Assembly: GCA_951406725.2 (NCBI GenBank)
Contig: OX597814.1
Location: 203,546,001 to 203,610,000 of the forward strand
Direction: 5' to 3'
Length of the DNA stretch: 64,000 nt
From: Octopus vulgaris
Taxonomy: Eukaryota
Below are positions 14,646-27,965 of this stretch, piece by piece. The notes beneath the pieces are model-generated. The model was not told where the DNA came from, ran no database searches, and saw nothing but the letters and a program-made list of their open reading frames with translations. The stretch's first letter is position 1. Each line of letters begins with the position of its first letter. Made by a program: the position numbers and the translations under genes.

Positions 14646-15275
14646 TGTTAGAGAGTAAAATAATGGAATAGCTATATCTTAAAAATATCATATTGAAGAT
14701 AAATATATAATGTGAGCAATATTGTATTAATAAATAAATAAAGTACAGCTATGATGATTAAAAAGTTTTTAAATGTTTAAAAGTTCTTACACTGGTTTCA
14801 TGAATATATTTCCTCTTAAAGTGAAATCTAATGTTGACAAGCATTGTTGGGAAGTATATCCACTCATCAGAGAGTGAAGTCAAAAGGATGAATTTCAGTA
14901 GAGGAAATTGTAGTTATTCTACGATTTCCTCCACTAAAATTCATCCTTTTGACTTGACTCTCTGATGAGTGGAAATACTTCCCAACAATACTTATCAACT
15001 TTAGATTTCATTTTAAGAATAACTTTTAAACATTTTAAAACTTTTTATTAATCATAACTGTACTTTATTTATTTGTTAATACAATATTGCTAATACTATA
15101 AACTTATCTTTATTATGATTTTTAAGATATAACTATTCCACTATTTTACTCTCTGATATATAACCACTTTCATGAATCTCTAAATATCTTTTAAGATTTT
15201 AGACATATTTCATACTAGAGCACTTAATTGACATCCAGTATACCTTGTTTTCAAAGGAAATATTTAACTAACTAT
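14646..15275. mobile_element. Fold-back HHR-bearing element between (TA)n tracts
   Basis: Imperfect inverted arms of about 240-270 bp centred near 14916. The + arm continues into a unique tail before (TA)n. Confidence 0.75.
14785..14874 (-). ncRNA. Type I hammerhead-like motif with long stem II
   Basis: TCT-CTGATGA-GTGGATATACTTCC...GGAAATATATTCAT-GAAA-CCAGTG-TA-AGA. The + arm copy (from about 14955) has lost the GAAA/stem III segment. Confidence 0.6.
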
Positions 15276-15974
15276 ATATATCCATATATACACATACACA
15301 CACATATATATGTAACCTATATAGAACCTTCATAAACAGGGCTAATTTAGCTACTTCTAGATTGAAATAAATGATGAACAGCATTAATCAATTTTTAAAT
15401 TTTATTGGATTCATCATCAGAGGCATCTCTACCAATTTCACTAACATTAGAGAAACAAGCAGTCAATCTGTTTATATACTAAACAATTACAATTGTCACA
15501 GAATACTGTAACTGGTATCAAAGTATGATGTAACTGTTGTGGCAAGTCATGACACCCCCTACAAGAATAGACTTGACCAAACAACTATCAATAGTTGTCT
15601 GAGTGAGAAAGAGAGTAGGCGTTAATCTCAGGAAGTCGTAAGGTGTCATTTTGATAGTTTATTGGAATATCATTTGTTGGTTCGTGTATAATTTGTGCAG
15701 AGTTCATTGGATTGTTACCTCATTACACTGCCTCATTATATATTTATTTGTTACTACACGATTATAGTGTAAAAAAAGTATTGTCATAACAATTGGTGAT
15801 AAAACAGTAACTTATATAATACCTTTATAAACAGAGCTAATTTAGCTGTTTCTCTTTAGATTGAGAAAATGATGGACAACCTTGATTGATTTTCAAATCT
15901 TATAGGTTTCATCATTATCATCATCATCATTATTTAACGTCTGATGTCCATGCTGGCATGGGTTGGACAGTTTG

Positions 15975-16105
15975 ACAGGAGCCAACCAGGAAGGAGCCAG
16001 CCAGGCAGGAGCCGATCAAGCAGGAGCCGGCCAGACAGGAACCGGCCAGGCAGGAGCCAGTCAGGCAGGAGCTGGCCTGGTAGGAGCCAGCTAGGCAGGA
16101 GCCTG
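15975..16105. repeat. 15-bp tandem repeat (CAGGAGCCAGCCAGG-like) inside an RTE-tail-like element
   Basis: About eight visible units. Confidence 0.75.
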
Positions 16106-16428
16106 CACCAGACTTCTGTGTCTGTTTTGGCAGGGTTTTTATGACTTGATGCCCTTCCGAATACCAATATATGAATATATATTAATTTATATATCATCAT
16201 CATCATCATCATTTTAATGGACACTTTGCCAAGCTTGCATGTATCAGATGGAGCTTTACTAAAGTAGATTTTCTATGAATGAATGCCCTTCTTGTTGCAA
16301 ACCCTTACCTGTTTCCAAATAAGTAATAGTTCTTAATGGTTAGACGCTTTCACAGAATATTCAAAATGATATTCATTTACAACAATTGCATGATGTCAAG
16401 AGACACAAACATACTCACACACACACAT

Positions 16429-16502
<74 letters not shown>

Positions 16503-16865
16503 ACACGCGCACAACAGGCTTCTTTCAGTTTTCATCTACCAAACACGCATAGCTTTGGTCAGCCTTGGCCACTTAGTGGGATTGAACCTAATACTATGTG
16601 GCTGGGGAGCAAACTTCTTCACAACACCTTGATTCCTGTGCTTCAGTCTTAGATTAAACATGGAATTGCACTACTGGTAATATTTTGACAAAGAGAGAAT
16701 TATTTTAAAAACATGTGGCTGTGTGGTAAGAAGTTTTCTTTCCAACCATACTATTCTGGGGGGTTTAGTCTCACTGTGTGGCACCTCAGGCAAGAGTCTT
16801 CTACTACTGTTCCAGGCCAAAGTCTTGTGAGTGAATTCAATAGATAGAAACTGAAAGAAGCTTGT

Positions 16866-16902
<37 letters not shown>

Positions 16903-16909
16903 GTATACA

Positions 16910-17668
16910 CAGTGCTGAGTGACACCACTGTGTTTACTTTGCTAGTCATGAAATTTGCATTTTTGTGATCACGTGTATGCTGTGGTCTATGATTTTGTGA
17001 AATTTTTTGTTGAACTTGGGAAGTCTGCTACTGAGACATTGAGCATGCCTCAGCAAGCTTACAGCGATGACGCAATGGGTCATACACAATGTTTCAAATG
17101 ACACAGATACTTCAAAAGTGGAAGAACATCCCTGGAAGACGATGAGTGATCTGGAAGCCCTACCACAAGTGTCAACCCCAGAAAAGTGGAGAAAATTCAT
17201 CAGCTTGTGTATGAGGATTGTTTGAGGACAATCAATGATATTGCTGATGTTGTATGGGTCTGTGAAGCCAATTCTAGTGTCTGGATTCTTCATGACGACA
17301 ATGTAGCCTGTCACCAGGCTCTCGTCACTCATGAGTTTCTCACCAAAAACAACATGGTATTACTTTTGCACCTGCCCTATTCACCAGATTTAGCACCGGC
17401 AGACTTCCATCTCTTACCTAAGGTGAAAATGCAGCTTAAAGGTTGCCGTTTTAACACTGTTGTTGAGATGAAGAGTGAATCACAGAAGGTCCTTGACTCA
17501 CTTACAGAAAATGACTTCCAGGCTGGATTTGAAAAGTTGCAGGCAGCTGGGACTGGTGTATTGCTGTGCAAGGGGACTATTTCAAAGGAGGTGGTGTTAA
17601 AACTTAGGTAAATAAGATATTTTTTTATTAAACATATCTAGTCCAGGGACTTTTTGATATCATCTCAT
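16910..17668 (+). pseudogene. mariner relic inserted in the internal microsatellite of a family B SINE
   Basis: WILHDDNVACH and HLPYSPDLAPADF. SINE head at 16712-16870 and SINE tail at about 17700-17850. Confidence 0.85.
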
Positions 17669-18376
17669 ATGTGTGTGTGTGTATGCATGTGTGTGTGTGT
17701 GTGTTTGCCTTTGTGTCAGTGTTTGTCTCCCACCACTGCTTGACAGTTGATGTTGGTTTTGTTTATCTCCTCTTAACTTAGCAGTTCAGCAAAGCGATTT
17801 GATAGAATAAATACTAGGCTTTAAACTAAAAATTCTTCAAGGCACTGCTCCCTGCTTTGTTGCATAATTTATATCCTACAGAGTAGCTTTCAGCTAAATA
17901 TACAATATAGATGTTATTACAAAACTCATTTATGATGTTTGATTGGATGTACATAGAGAATAGATTGAATTATAGACAGCACTGAACTCAAATTATTTTT
18001 TTATATTCTGACTTTATTTTCTTAATTTATGAATGTTGATATTTAATGTTTGTGCAAAACATGGAATTACACAGAATATGGGATTTGACTATACAAGTGT
18101 AGAGGGATGCACATTTTCACAGGACTTTGAACTTTGAACTTTTTTTTTTATTTTTCAATGATGACTGCACCTCCCCTCTTTTCTTATCTTTCCCATCCTA
18201 CTTCCTAAAATTGACATCCTGAAAGGTCACCAGCCCTTGTGAGAAAATGCTTTTAGTTACAAATATGTTGATAGGGAAAGGAAAGAAAAGAAAAAAGAAA
18301 AAAGAAAGAAAAGAAAAATAGAAAAATGCTTTGTAATGAAATTTCAATGGGTTGACCACACCAAATTGAAAAGAAA

Positions 18377-18409
<33 letters not shown>

Positions 18410-18434
18410 GTATGTCTGTCTGTCTATATATTTT

Positions 18435-18496
<62 letters not shown>

Positions 18497-18837
18497 CTTT
18501 CCCCATTTTTTATTATTTTCTTGATTGTCCTAAAACTTCTCTCTCTCTGTCTATTCCCCCCTACTCTTTGCTTTTCTTTCTCTCTTCCCCTCTTTTTCCA
18601 AAAAACAAAGCTATTCTCTTCTTCTAAACATAGCAAAAACATCTCGTCCATATAAAGGAACAACGAAATGTGCTGTTTTTACCATTTTGATTTTGCCTTG
18701 ACAAGTTTGATAAAGCACTAATAGAGAATTATACAAAATTCTGAGTGCCTCCTTTTTCTCAATATATATATATATATACTCACACACACACACATATTAC
18801 CATATATATACATACATACACACACACATATATATGT

Positions 18838-19555
18838 ATATATGGATATGTAATGTCAGTGTGCATACACAACAGAATGTAAGCACCCTGAGAGAAAAGT
18901 TGGACATAAGAAGCATCAGATGTGGTGTGCAAGAGAGACATCTGCGCTGGTATGGTCATGTGTTGCGTATGGATGATGACAGTTCTATGAAAAAGTGTCA
19001 CACCCTAGCAGTAAAGGGAACCCGTGGAAGAGGTAAACCCAGGAAGACATGGAATGAGGTGGTGAAGCATGACCTTCAAATGTTGGTCCTCACCAAGGCA
19101 ATGATAAGTGACCAAGACCTTTGGAGATATGCTGTGCTTGAGAAGACGCGGCAAGCCAAGTAAGACCGTAACCATGGTCTATGCCAGTGAAGTATACCAG
19201 CCCATTTAAGAATACCCTTTAATCATTGGGCAATAAACTGCGCTTGCAAAGACCTGTTGAGGCAAGGGAAGTCATTGTCATAGCCAATGACAGTACCACC
19301 TGATTGGCACCAGAGCTGGTGGCACATAAAAAGCACCATTCAATCGTGGTCGATGCCAGTATCGCTTGACTGGCCTTCATGCTAGTAGCATGTAAAAAGC
19401 AACCACTACACTCTTGGAGTGGTTGGCGTTAGGAAGGGCATCAAGCTGTAGAAATGTTGCCAGATAGGATTGGAGCATGTGCAGCCTTTTGGCCTGCCAG
19501 CCCCCAGTTAAACTGTCCAACCCATGCCAGCATGGAAAGTGGACGTTAAAAGATG
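18838..19555 (+). mobile_element. 5'-truncated RTE LINE (C-terminus plus 3' UTR)
   Basis: ORF WICNVSVHTQQNVSTLREKLDIRSIRCGVQERHLRWYGHV...RGRGKPRKTW is homologous to the end of the 751-aa ORF. Confidence 0.9.
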
Positions 19556-19604
19556 AACATGTGTATGTGTGTGTGTTTGTATGTGTGTGTATGTATGTAT
19601 CTAT

Positions 19605-19639
<35 letters not shown>

Positions 19640-19992
19640 GATAGATAGATATAGATATAGATATACACACTCACATAAAAAGAAGTGTTTTTTGTGGAGG
19701 AGTAAAAAAAAAAAAAAAAACAAGAAAAACAGCTCAGGAGAAAATAAACAAAGAAGCAACCAACCAAACAAAGAAATCTGTTCATTTTGGTACTTCAGTG
19801 AAGAGGTCAAAAGGTCAAATGATTAATTATGATGATTGTTGTGTTGATGTTTTAATTATGTCTCCTCTTTTACTTTCTGCAGAATGGCAGCATATTGCAG
19901 ATAATGATTTGACTTGAAAAAATAAAGATCAGACTAGGGCTAAGATAGAATAATTAATGAGGAGAATGAGCAAGAAAATTTGGTTGTTGTAA

Positions 19993-20034
<42 letters not shown>

Positions 20035-20124
20035 TTGTCACCATCATTGTTATCATCATCATTAGTGGTGGCAGCAGTGCTATCATTATCCCCCATCATA
20101 GTCATCATCATCATCATTGTTACT

Positions 20125-20156
<32 letters not shown>

Positions 20157-20313
20157 TATCGTTTTATTGCTATATTTATAATCAGCATTCAGTTGCTCTG
20201 TCATGGCAAATTTTCAAATGAATTATCAAAATTTACTAACGAGACAACTTGTGAGGACTTATATTAGTACTTTGGCTGTGAGACATATAATGATAATAAT
20301 AATAATAATATTG

Positions 20314-20368
<55 letters not shown>

Positions 20369-20702
20369 GAAAGAAACAAAGACCATATCTGCATTCTTAT
20401 TTCTAGCTTCTTACTCCAAGCCAAACTGGTTGAATTTAAGCATAAATCTGGTTTGAAAAAAAAATCAAACAATAAAACATATAATACAAAAAAACGAAAA
20501 TTCATATCCAAACAATATCTTTGTTTGCCATATGTATGAATGTGCATATGTATATGTATATATGTATTTACATATATATATATATATTAAATATAAATTA
20601 TTTTTGTGGGCCAGATGTATGCATGTACATATACATACATATGTAAACACACACACACATATGTGTGTGTGTGTGTATATATATATAGAGATGGATAGAT
20701 GA

Positions 20703-20799
<97 letters not shown>

Positions 20800-20812
20800 G
20801 AGAGAGAAATAG

Positions 20813-20846
<34 letters not shown>

Positions 20847-20848
20847 AA

Positions 20849-20901
<53 letters not shown>

Positions 20902-20902
20902 G

Positions 20903-20980
<78 letters not shown>

Positions 20981-23900
20981 TTGTTTGCCTGATGTATGTA
21001 TGTGTTTATATGTATGTCTATGTACGTGTACTTGTATTATCAGGTAGATGCATGTATATACATAAATACATACAGTCGCATGTGTGTGTACACACATGCA
21101 CTCACACACACATTCTGATGTAATCTTTTGAAGCTAAGTGTAAATACAGATATGGATGACATGTGAAAGAGATAAAATATCTAAACCCAGTTAGCATCAA
21201 ATTAATATCTTCCAGTTCATATCTTTATATATTAAACACTGAGCAGTTGATTCTTTCTGGGAATCCAGTATAATCTGTATCCTATATATCTTATATGATA
21301 TATCTGTATGTGAGATTGTATTGCAGCATTTGTTTACATCCAAAGTGAATGCAGACTGATCAGAGATGTCTGTTTTCTAAATTTCTCCTTGAGATTAATG
21401 ACAACTTGTTCAGTCCCTTGGGTGACTAAAAACACTGCACAGACACACACATACATACACATGTACACACAGGCATACATAGACAGCCAATACACATGCA
21501 TACACAAAAACATTTACACACATACAAATATGCACTGATGAACACATGCACATACACGCATATACATATACATCTGTACAGGCACACCCACACTTATACT
21601 CAGACATACACAAACATATAAGCACACAATCACACACAGGCATACACAGATGTATACACACACACATATGACATGCACAGACACATACACTTACAAACAT
21701 GCATAGACACTCACACATAGACATATACACACACAGGCATACATACACACACAACCACAAACACAGGCTCATACATACACAAACACACACATGCACATAC
21801 ATTCACACACAGATATACACCAATACAACTCCTCCCCCCATATGCACATACAGACAAATAGGCACAAGGCCCGAAACTTTTGGGGAGGGGGATCAGTCGA
21901 TTCGATCGACCTCAGTACGCAACTGGTACTTAATTTATTGACCCTGAAATGGTTAAAGGCAAAGTCGACCTCAGCAGAATTTGAACTCAGAATGTAAAGA
22001 CAGATGAAATACGGCTAAGCATTTCACCCGGCATGCTAACGTTTCTACCAGCTCACCACCTTCATATAGACAAATATAGATACACTTATACACAGGCACA
22101 TACATACATATACACCCATACAAACTCACACACTGGCACATACATACACCAGTACAAACACATATACACATACGCATACATATACACACACATCATTATC
22201 ATCAACTTACCATTTTTACATTTACCTTTTTCCTTACTACTATACATAGTATAGGTTAGTTTCAATGTATCTCTCCACTTGTCAGCAGTTCTTTTTATTT
22301 TTTATATTTTGCTTATTTCAATTATTAGACTGTGGCCATGCTGGGGCACCACCTTAAAAAATTTTAGCTGAACAAAGCAACCAGAGCACTTATTTTTTGA
22401 AAGCCTGGTACTTTATTGGCCTCTTTTGCCATACTGCTAAGTTACAGAGACATAAACACACGAACATCTGTTGTCATGACATAAACACACACATGCACAC
22501 ACACACACATGATGGGCTTCTCTCAGTTTCCATCTACCAAATCCACTCACAAGGCTTTGGTTGACTCGGGATTTTAATAGAAGACACTTGCTCAAAGTGG
22601 AACTAAACCCAGAATCATTAGATTGGGAAGCAAACTTCTTACCACACAGCCACAACTGTGCCATCATCATCTTGTTTGTGAGACCAGTCTCCTGATCTCA
22701 GCGCTCACCCTTTCTACTCATGTTTTTTTTCATAGGCTCCTTGTACTGAACATCATTTGGCACTTCTTCACCCAGACATCATTCTTTATACAAATCAGAT
22801 AACCAAAACAATCATGTATCCATGCCAGAACAGCTTTCTATTTGTATACTACAGCGTGGGCTAAAACTATGCGCCTTCACTAGTCAGTTAAGGTGAGACA
22901 GTGTCACGTGACAACTTGCTGGGGCTGCCTGCTGGAGCCTATGCGGCAGGTATTTAAAGGGAAAAAAATTTGACGAGACAGTCAGTCACCGGCTGACACT
23001 CGCTGATGATACATCGAAGAGGCCAGGGAACAGAAGAAAGAAGACATGCACCCAACACCAGAGCTGAAGACACCTCCGAAAGGGGGGGGGCCCCGCCACA
23101 TCAAAACAGTAGAGGAGTAGGGGCCGAAACTGGATGTGGTTCCTCCTGATGATGTCTTGAGCTAACTGGATCCTATAAAGGAGCTGTTGTGGTAGCAGAC
23201 CACGAAACGCGGTTGTAATTCCTCCAGCAAACACCTCTTTTGCCATGTCTTTGCTGTTCACTTGTGTCTCATTATTCATGCTGATATTATAATATCCAAG
23301 AGAGAATAAACACCTCATTTCTTTCCAGCTTTAAAACTTCTCATTCAGTGCTTATTGCATATGTGAACCATACAGTCTGCTCTCCACTAAAAGACAGAAA
23401 TATTCTTGTTGTCAACAGACGCAATAGCTCACTGAGCTTTTACCACACTGTCTTTACTCTGCCTGCTATGTTTTCACAACATTTACTTCACTCTGAGAGT
23501 GTAGTGGGTGCTTTTTATGTGCCACCAGCATGGGGGCCAGTCAGGCAGCACTGGCATTGACCATGTTTGAACAATGCTTTTTACATGCAACCAGCACAGG
23601 AGCCAGTCAGACTCCTATACATCTGCCACATACGAAAGTGTATATATGATAATGATCACCCCATTTTCTCAGATGATATATATATATGATATATATATAT
23701 GATAACGATTACCTCATTTTCTCAGATGATAACCATCTCACATTCAGCCTGATTGTTCTGATTTACATTCATCCTGACTTTTCATACCCTCCATCCATCA
23801 TGATAGACCAAGCAATGAAATGATAGTGAAACATCTGTTCATCATTGGATTTAAGTGGCAAAATCTTGTGCAACTTTTATAATTCTCTTGATCATAGTAA

Positions 23901-24177
23901 TAAGTTTCAGTGACAAGCATTGCATGATGACTGGTACTATTTTGACAGCAAGTCTTATATCAGACTATCTTTTTTCCAAGAATAGCAGCCTTCCCCATGG
24001 CTTTGTCAAAAATAATGGGAGTGCCTCTACTCTCCTCTCTCTCTCTCTCTCTCTCTCACACCAACACACACATTATTATATATATATGTGTATCTGTGTG
24101 TGTTGTGTGTGTGTATATATCTATACACACACACACACACATATATAATATATAAATATAAATATATATATAGCTGT

Positions 24178-24506
24178 GATACCAGTGCCAGTGGCACGTA
24201 AGAGAACCATCTGAACGTGGCCGTTGCCAGCGCTGCCCCAACTGGCCTCCGTGCTGGTGGAACATAAAAAGCACCATCCGATCCTGGCCATTTGTCAGCC
24301 TCATCTGGCACCTGTGCCGGTGGCACGCAAAAAGCACCCACTACACTCACGGAGTGGTTGGCATTAGGAAGGGCATCCAGCTGTAGAAACACCGCCAGAT
24401 CAGACTGGGCCTGGTGCAGCCTTCTGGCTTCCCAGACCCCAGTTGAACCGTCCAACCCATGCTAGCATGGAAAGCGGACGTTAAATGATGATGATGATGA
24501 TGATGA
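24178..24506 (+). mobile_element. RTE 3'-tail fragment
   Basis: Same tail motifs and (GAT)n end. Similar copies at 34490-34790 (-) and 47010-47250 (+). Confidence 0.8.
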
Positions 24507-24507
24507 A

Positions 24508-24558
<51 letters not shown>

Positions 24559-25130
24559 TATGACAGTATGTCCAAACTTTACTAAGAGCACCCATAATGT
24601 TCCAGTCCATTGTGGGAAAGGCACATAATCTGCTTGCATCAGTAAACAACAGGATTCAAGAAAACTAGTGACAGTTTGTGTCTGCAAAACAATGAGTATA
24701 TGTAAACCGTTTAAAACTAGAGTAAACTGATTTCTCATGAGGAAGAACAGTCTACGGTTTTGTGAAGAAATACCATTCACCGAGAATGAATGGTACTGCC
24801 TGAAATGGTAGACTTTATTTCTTTCTCATAATAAACCAATTTATTCCAATTTTGGTCTGCTTACTTTAGTCTGGCTAACATACACACTCCAAGGACATGC
24901 AGCTGTAAAAATAATGATATACAAAATATATTGCATATACAGTTTTGAGAATGAAGAAGAAGGCAGCTTATTTTAATAACTGAAAACATTATTTTAGACC
25001 ATGAATAAATTTTGAAAAACAGTTATAAAATAGGTACTGTTGATTTGCATATTATTTGCATATATGTTACTATTTTTATTTAGAAATAGAGCAATGTGGG
25101 TATTTTATCCACCTTTAACACCAAATTTAA

Positions 25131-25179
<49 letters not shown>

Positions 25180-25458
25180 TTAGGTATAATTTAGTGAGTG
25201 ACAGGATATTTGATACTTTTAATGCCCTATATAGGCTGGGAGTTATTAGTAGTGTCACAGCAGCTTGTCTGGGACTGATTATATTATAAAAACATTCATG
25301 AGGAATATGTATGCGTGTATGTGTGCATGTGCGTCTGTGTACTGATGCTTGTAAGTGCATGAGTGTGTAAGTCCTTTTATATACATATAAATATGCTTCT
25401 ATACTAATATATATATATATATATATACGCGAGAAAGAAGCAACAAGAATGGATAGGT

Positions 25459-25549
25459 TTTTAGTACAATCGTTTCATACAAGGACAGGCTTTATTAAAA
25501 GTTGCAAAAATTGCAGCATATAAACGTGTCCCGTACTCATCAGCTAAAA
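25459..25549 (-). ncRNA. Type I hammerhead ribozyme (mirror copy)
   Basis: Exact reverse complement of 25778-25868. Confidence 0.8.
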
Positions 25550-25777
25550 TACATGTGAGTTCTCTAGACATCCTAGTGGTTGAGGCTATACTCATGAAGT
25601 AATGTAGATAATTAAGTAACATAAACAGATTTCCAAAGTTCATTAAAGTTCTTTAAAGATGGTGTACAGTCTTAAGAACTTTAATGAACTTTGGAAATCT
25701 GTTTATGTTACTTAATTATCTACATTACTTCATGAGTATAGCCTCAACCACTAGGATGTCTAGAGAACTCACATGTA

Positions 25778-25868
25778 TTTTAGCTGATGAGTACGGGACA
25801 CGTTTATATGCTGCAATTTTTGCAACTTTTAATAAAGCCTGTCCTTGTATGAAACGATTGTACTAAAA
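25778..25868 (+). ncRNA. Type I hammerhead ribozyme with minimal stem III
   Basis: Stem I TTTTAG/CTAAAA; CTGATGA (25784-90); stem II GTACGGGACA...TGTCCTTGTAT; GAAA (25851-54); CGATTG; TA. Predicted GUA cleavage after 25862. Confidence 0.8.
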
Positions 25869-26013
25869 ACCTATCCATTCTTGTTGCTTCTTTCTCGCTT
25901 ATAATCACCCCACATTACTGTATTGTTAAAACCGTATAGTTTTTTGGTGCATCTAAGTTAGGTACCATATTCAAGTAAATTCATTTAAATTAACTTGAAT
26001 CTTTATTGCTTTT

Positions 26014-26052
<39 letters not shown>

Positions 26053-27031
26053 CATCATCATCATCGTTTAACGTCCGTTTTCTGCGCTAGCACGGGACAT
26101 ATATATATATACACATGTATATATATACACATGTATATATATACACATGTATATATATATATATATGTATATTATCAATAATAACAAAGGGTAAAATTAA
26201 TTGATTAACTAGTAATCAATAATTTCACCAAGTAGAATTCGGCATGAAAAGGGACCATTTTTCAGTAAAAATGTGTATCATCATCATCATTGTTTAACGG
26301 CCATTTTCCATGCTGGCAGGAGCTGGATGGTTCGACAGGGGCTGGCTTGGCAGAGGACTGCACCATATGAATACATACAACACATACATAGATACAGAGA
26401 GAGAGAATGAGAGACACACACACAAACACATAGTTACACACACAGATAATAAAGAAAGCAAAAATATACAGAAAGAAAAAAGTCAGAAGAAAATAGCAAT
26501 TACACACCTCAACCGCCAAATTGATGAATTATAGCCCATCCCCTCCTTCAGTTAAAAAACTGACATCCAGTTACCAGCTCAAACCCATATTCACTGTCTT
26601 TATATGTTTGTTGCATGCGTAATCAGATAAATTCTATATTTGTTCTATTGTAGTATTGTGTGGTGTCAACTAAACTGATAACATTTTAGACACATTCAAA
26701 CGATTGACAGTTGGTATCCTACAGTCACACCAGTAACAGTAGATATATAGGCAAATATTCAACTTTCACTAGACTATACTCATACATGCAAAGGAAAAGG
26801 TACTCAACACATTTACTGAGTGCTACAATAATAATAATGATGGTAGGCACAGATGTGGCTGTGTTGTAAGAAGTTTGGTTCCCAACCACATGGTTCCAGG
26901 TTCAGTCCCACTGTGTGGCACTTTGGGCAAGTGTCTTCTACTATAGCCTAAGGCTGATCAAATCCTTGTGAGTGGATTTGGTTGAGGGAAATTGAAAGAA
27001 GCCCATCTCGTATATATATATATATATATAT

Positions 27032-27525
27032 GTGGAAGAGGTAGACCCAGGAAGTCCTGGGATGAGGTGGTGAAGCATGACCTTCGCATGCTGGGCCTCA
27101 CAGAGGGGATGACAAGTAACTGAGACATTTGGAGATATGCTGTGCTTGACAAGACCTGGCAACCCAAGTGAGGCCATAACCATGGACTATGCCAGTACAG
27201 CATAACCGGCCCATTTAAGAGTACCACCTGATTGGTACCATGCCGGTGGCACGTAAAAAGCACCATTTGAGCCTGATTGTTACCAGTGTTGCCTGACTGG
27301 CTCCCATGTCCTGATTAGCCCTCATGCTGGTGGCACGTAAAAAGCACTCACTATACTCTCAGAATTGTTGGTGTTAGGAAGGGCATCCAGCTGTAGAAAC
27401 ACTGCCAGATCAGACTGGGCCTGGTGCAGCCTTCTGGTTTCCCAGACTCCAGTTGAACCATCCAATCCATGCTAGCATGGAGAGCAGACGTTAAACGATG
27501 ATGATGATGATGATGATGCTGATGA
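27032..27525 (+). mobile_element. RTE 3' fragment inserted after a family B SINE head (26845-27010)
   Basis: Encodes GRGRPRKSWDEVVKHDLR, followed by the 3' UTR and (GAT)n. Confidence 0.85.
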
Positions 27526-27557
27526 TATAGATATGTATATATACATACATATTAATA

Positions 27558-27965
27558 ACAATTGAATTTTTCCTTTTTTATTTTATATTGCGTCTAGCCA
27601 CCTTTGTTATTTAATAATTTTCACATTACCATTTTGCTGAATCTTCCATTGATCTATATGGTAAATACTATATGCTGACAGGTAGGATTTAGCTTAAGCA
27701 TAAACAATGGAGTAGTCAGTACTGATGAGCTTTAATTCCAAGCAAAACTAGCTTGCTAGTATAGTGATCTCGTTGCTGAGTGGCAGTTATCTCCCTTGTC
27801 AGCATATAGATAATGTGCTTCTTGTGGCTATAAGGGTCTTTGACTCTTGTTTCTAGCAATGTAGGTGCTACACTGCACACTCAGTCACTTTTAGTGACAA
27901 TTGAATTTTTCCTTTTTGGTTTTATATTGCATGTAGCCATCTTCACTATTTAAAAATTTTCACAT
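27558..27965 (+). mobile_element. Retrozyme-like 1.2-mer: 339-nt unit with 69-nt direct terminal repeats and a central HHR
   Basis: Repeats at 27558-27626 and 27897-27965. Flanked by (TA)/(TACA)n. Confidence 0.75.
27716..27767 (+). ncRNA. Type I hammerhead ribozyme, G12A-mutated
   Basis: TCAGTA-CTGATGA-GCTT-TAATTCC-AAGC-AAAA-CTAG-CTTG-CTAG-TA-TAGTGA. Enclosed by stem CTATATGCTGACAGG / CTTGTCAGCATATAG. Confidence 0.75.

Larger units (their letters stand above)
25429..26016. mobile_element. Young fold-back HHR-bearing element between (TA)n tracts
   Basis: Apparently perfect 225-bp inverted arms (25429-25653 / 25674-25898) with a 20-nt spacer. The + arm extends about 120 bp further. Confidence 0.9.

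Noticed and set aside
24560-24810. Non-repetitive stretch with open frames of about 100 codons on the minus strand
   Set aside because: No recognisable domain; the ORFs run into microsatellite and RTE tail sequence.
25461-25866. Identical 60-aa ORFs on both strands
   Set aside because: A by-product of the perfect palindrome, with no recognisable protein features.
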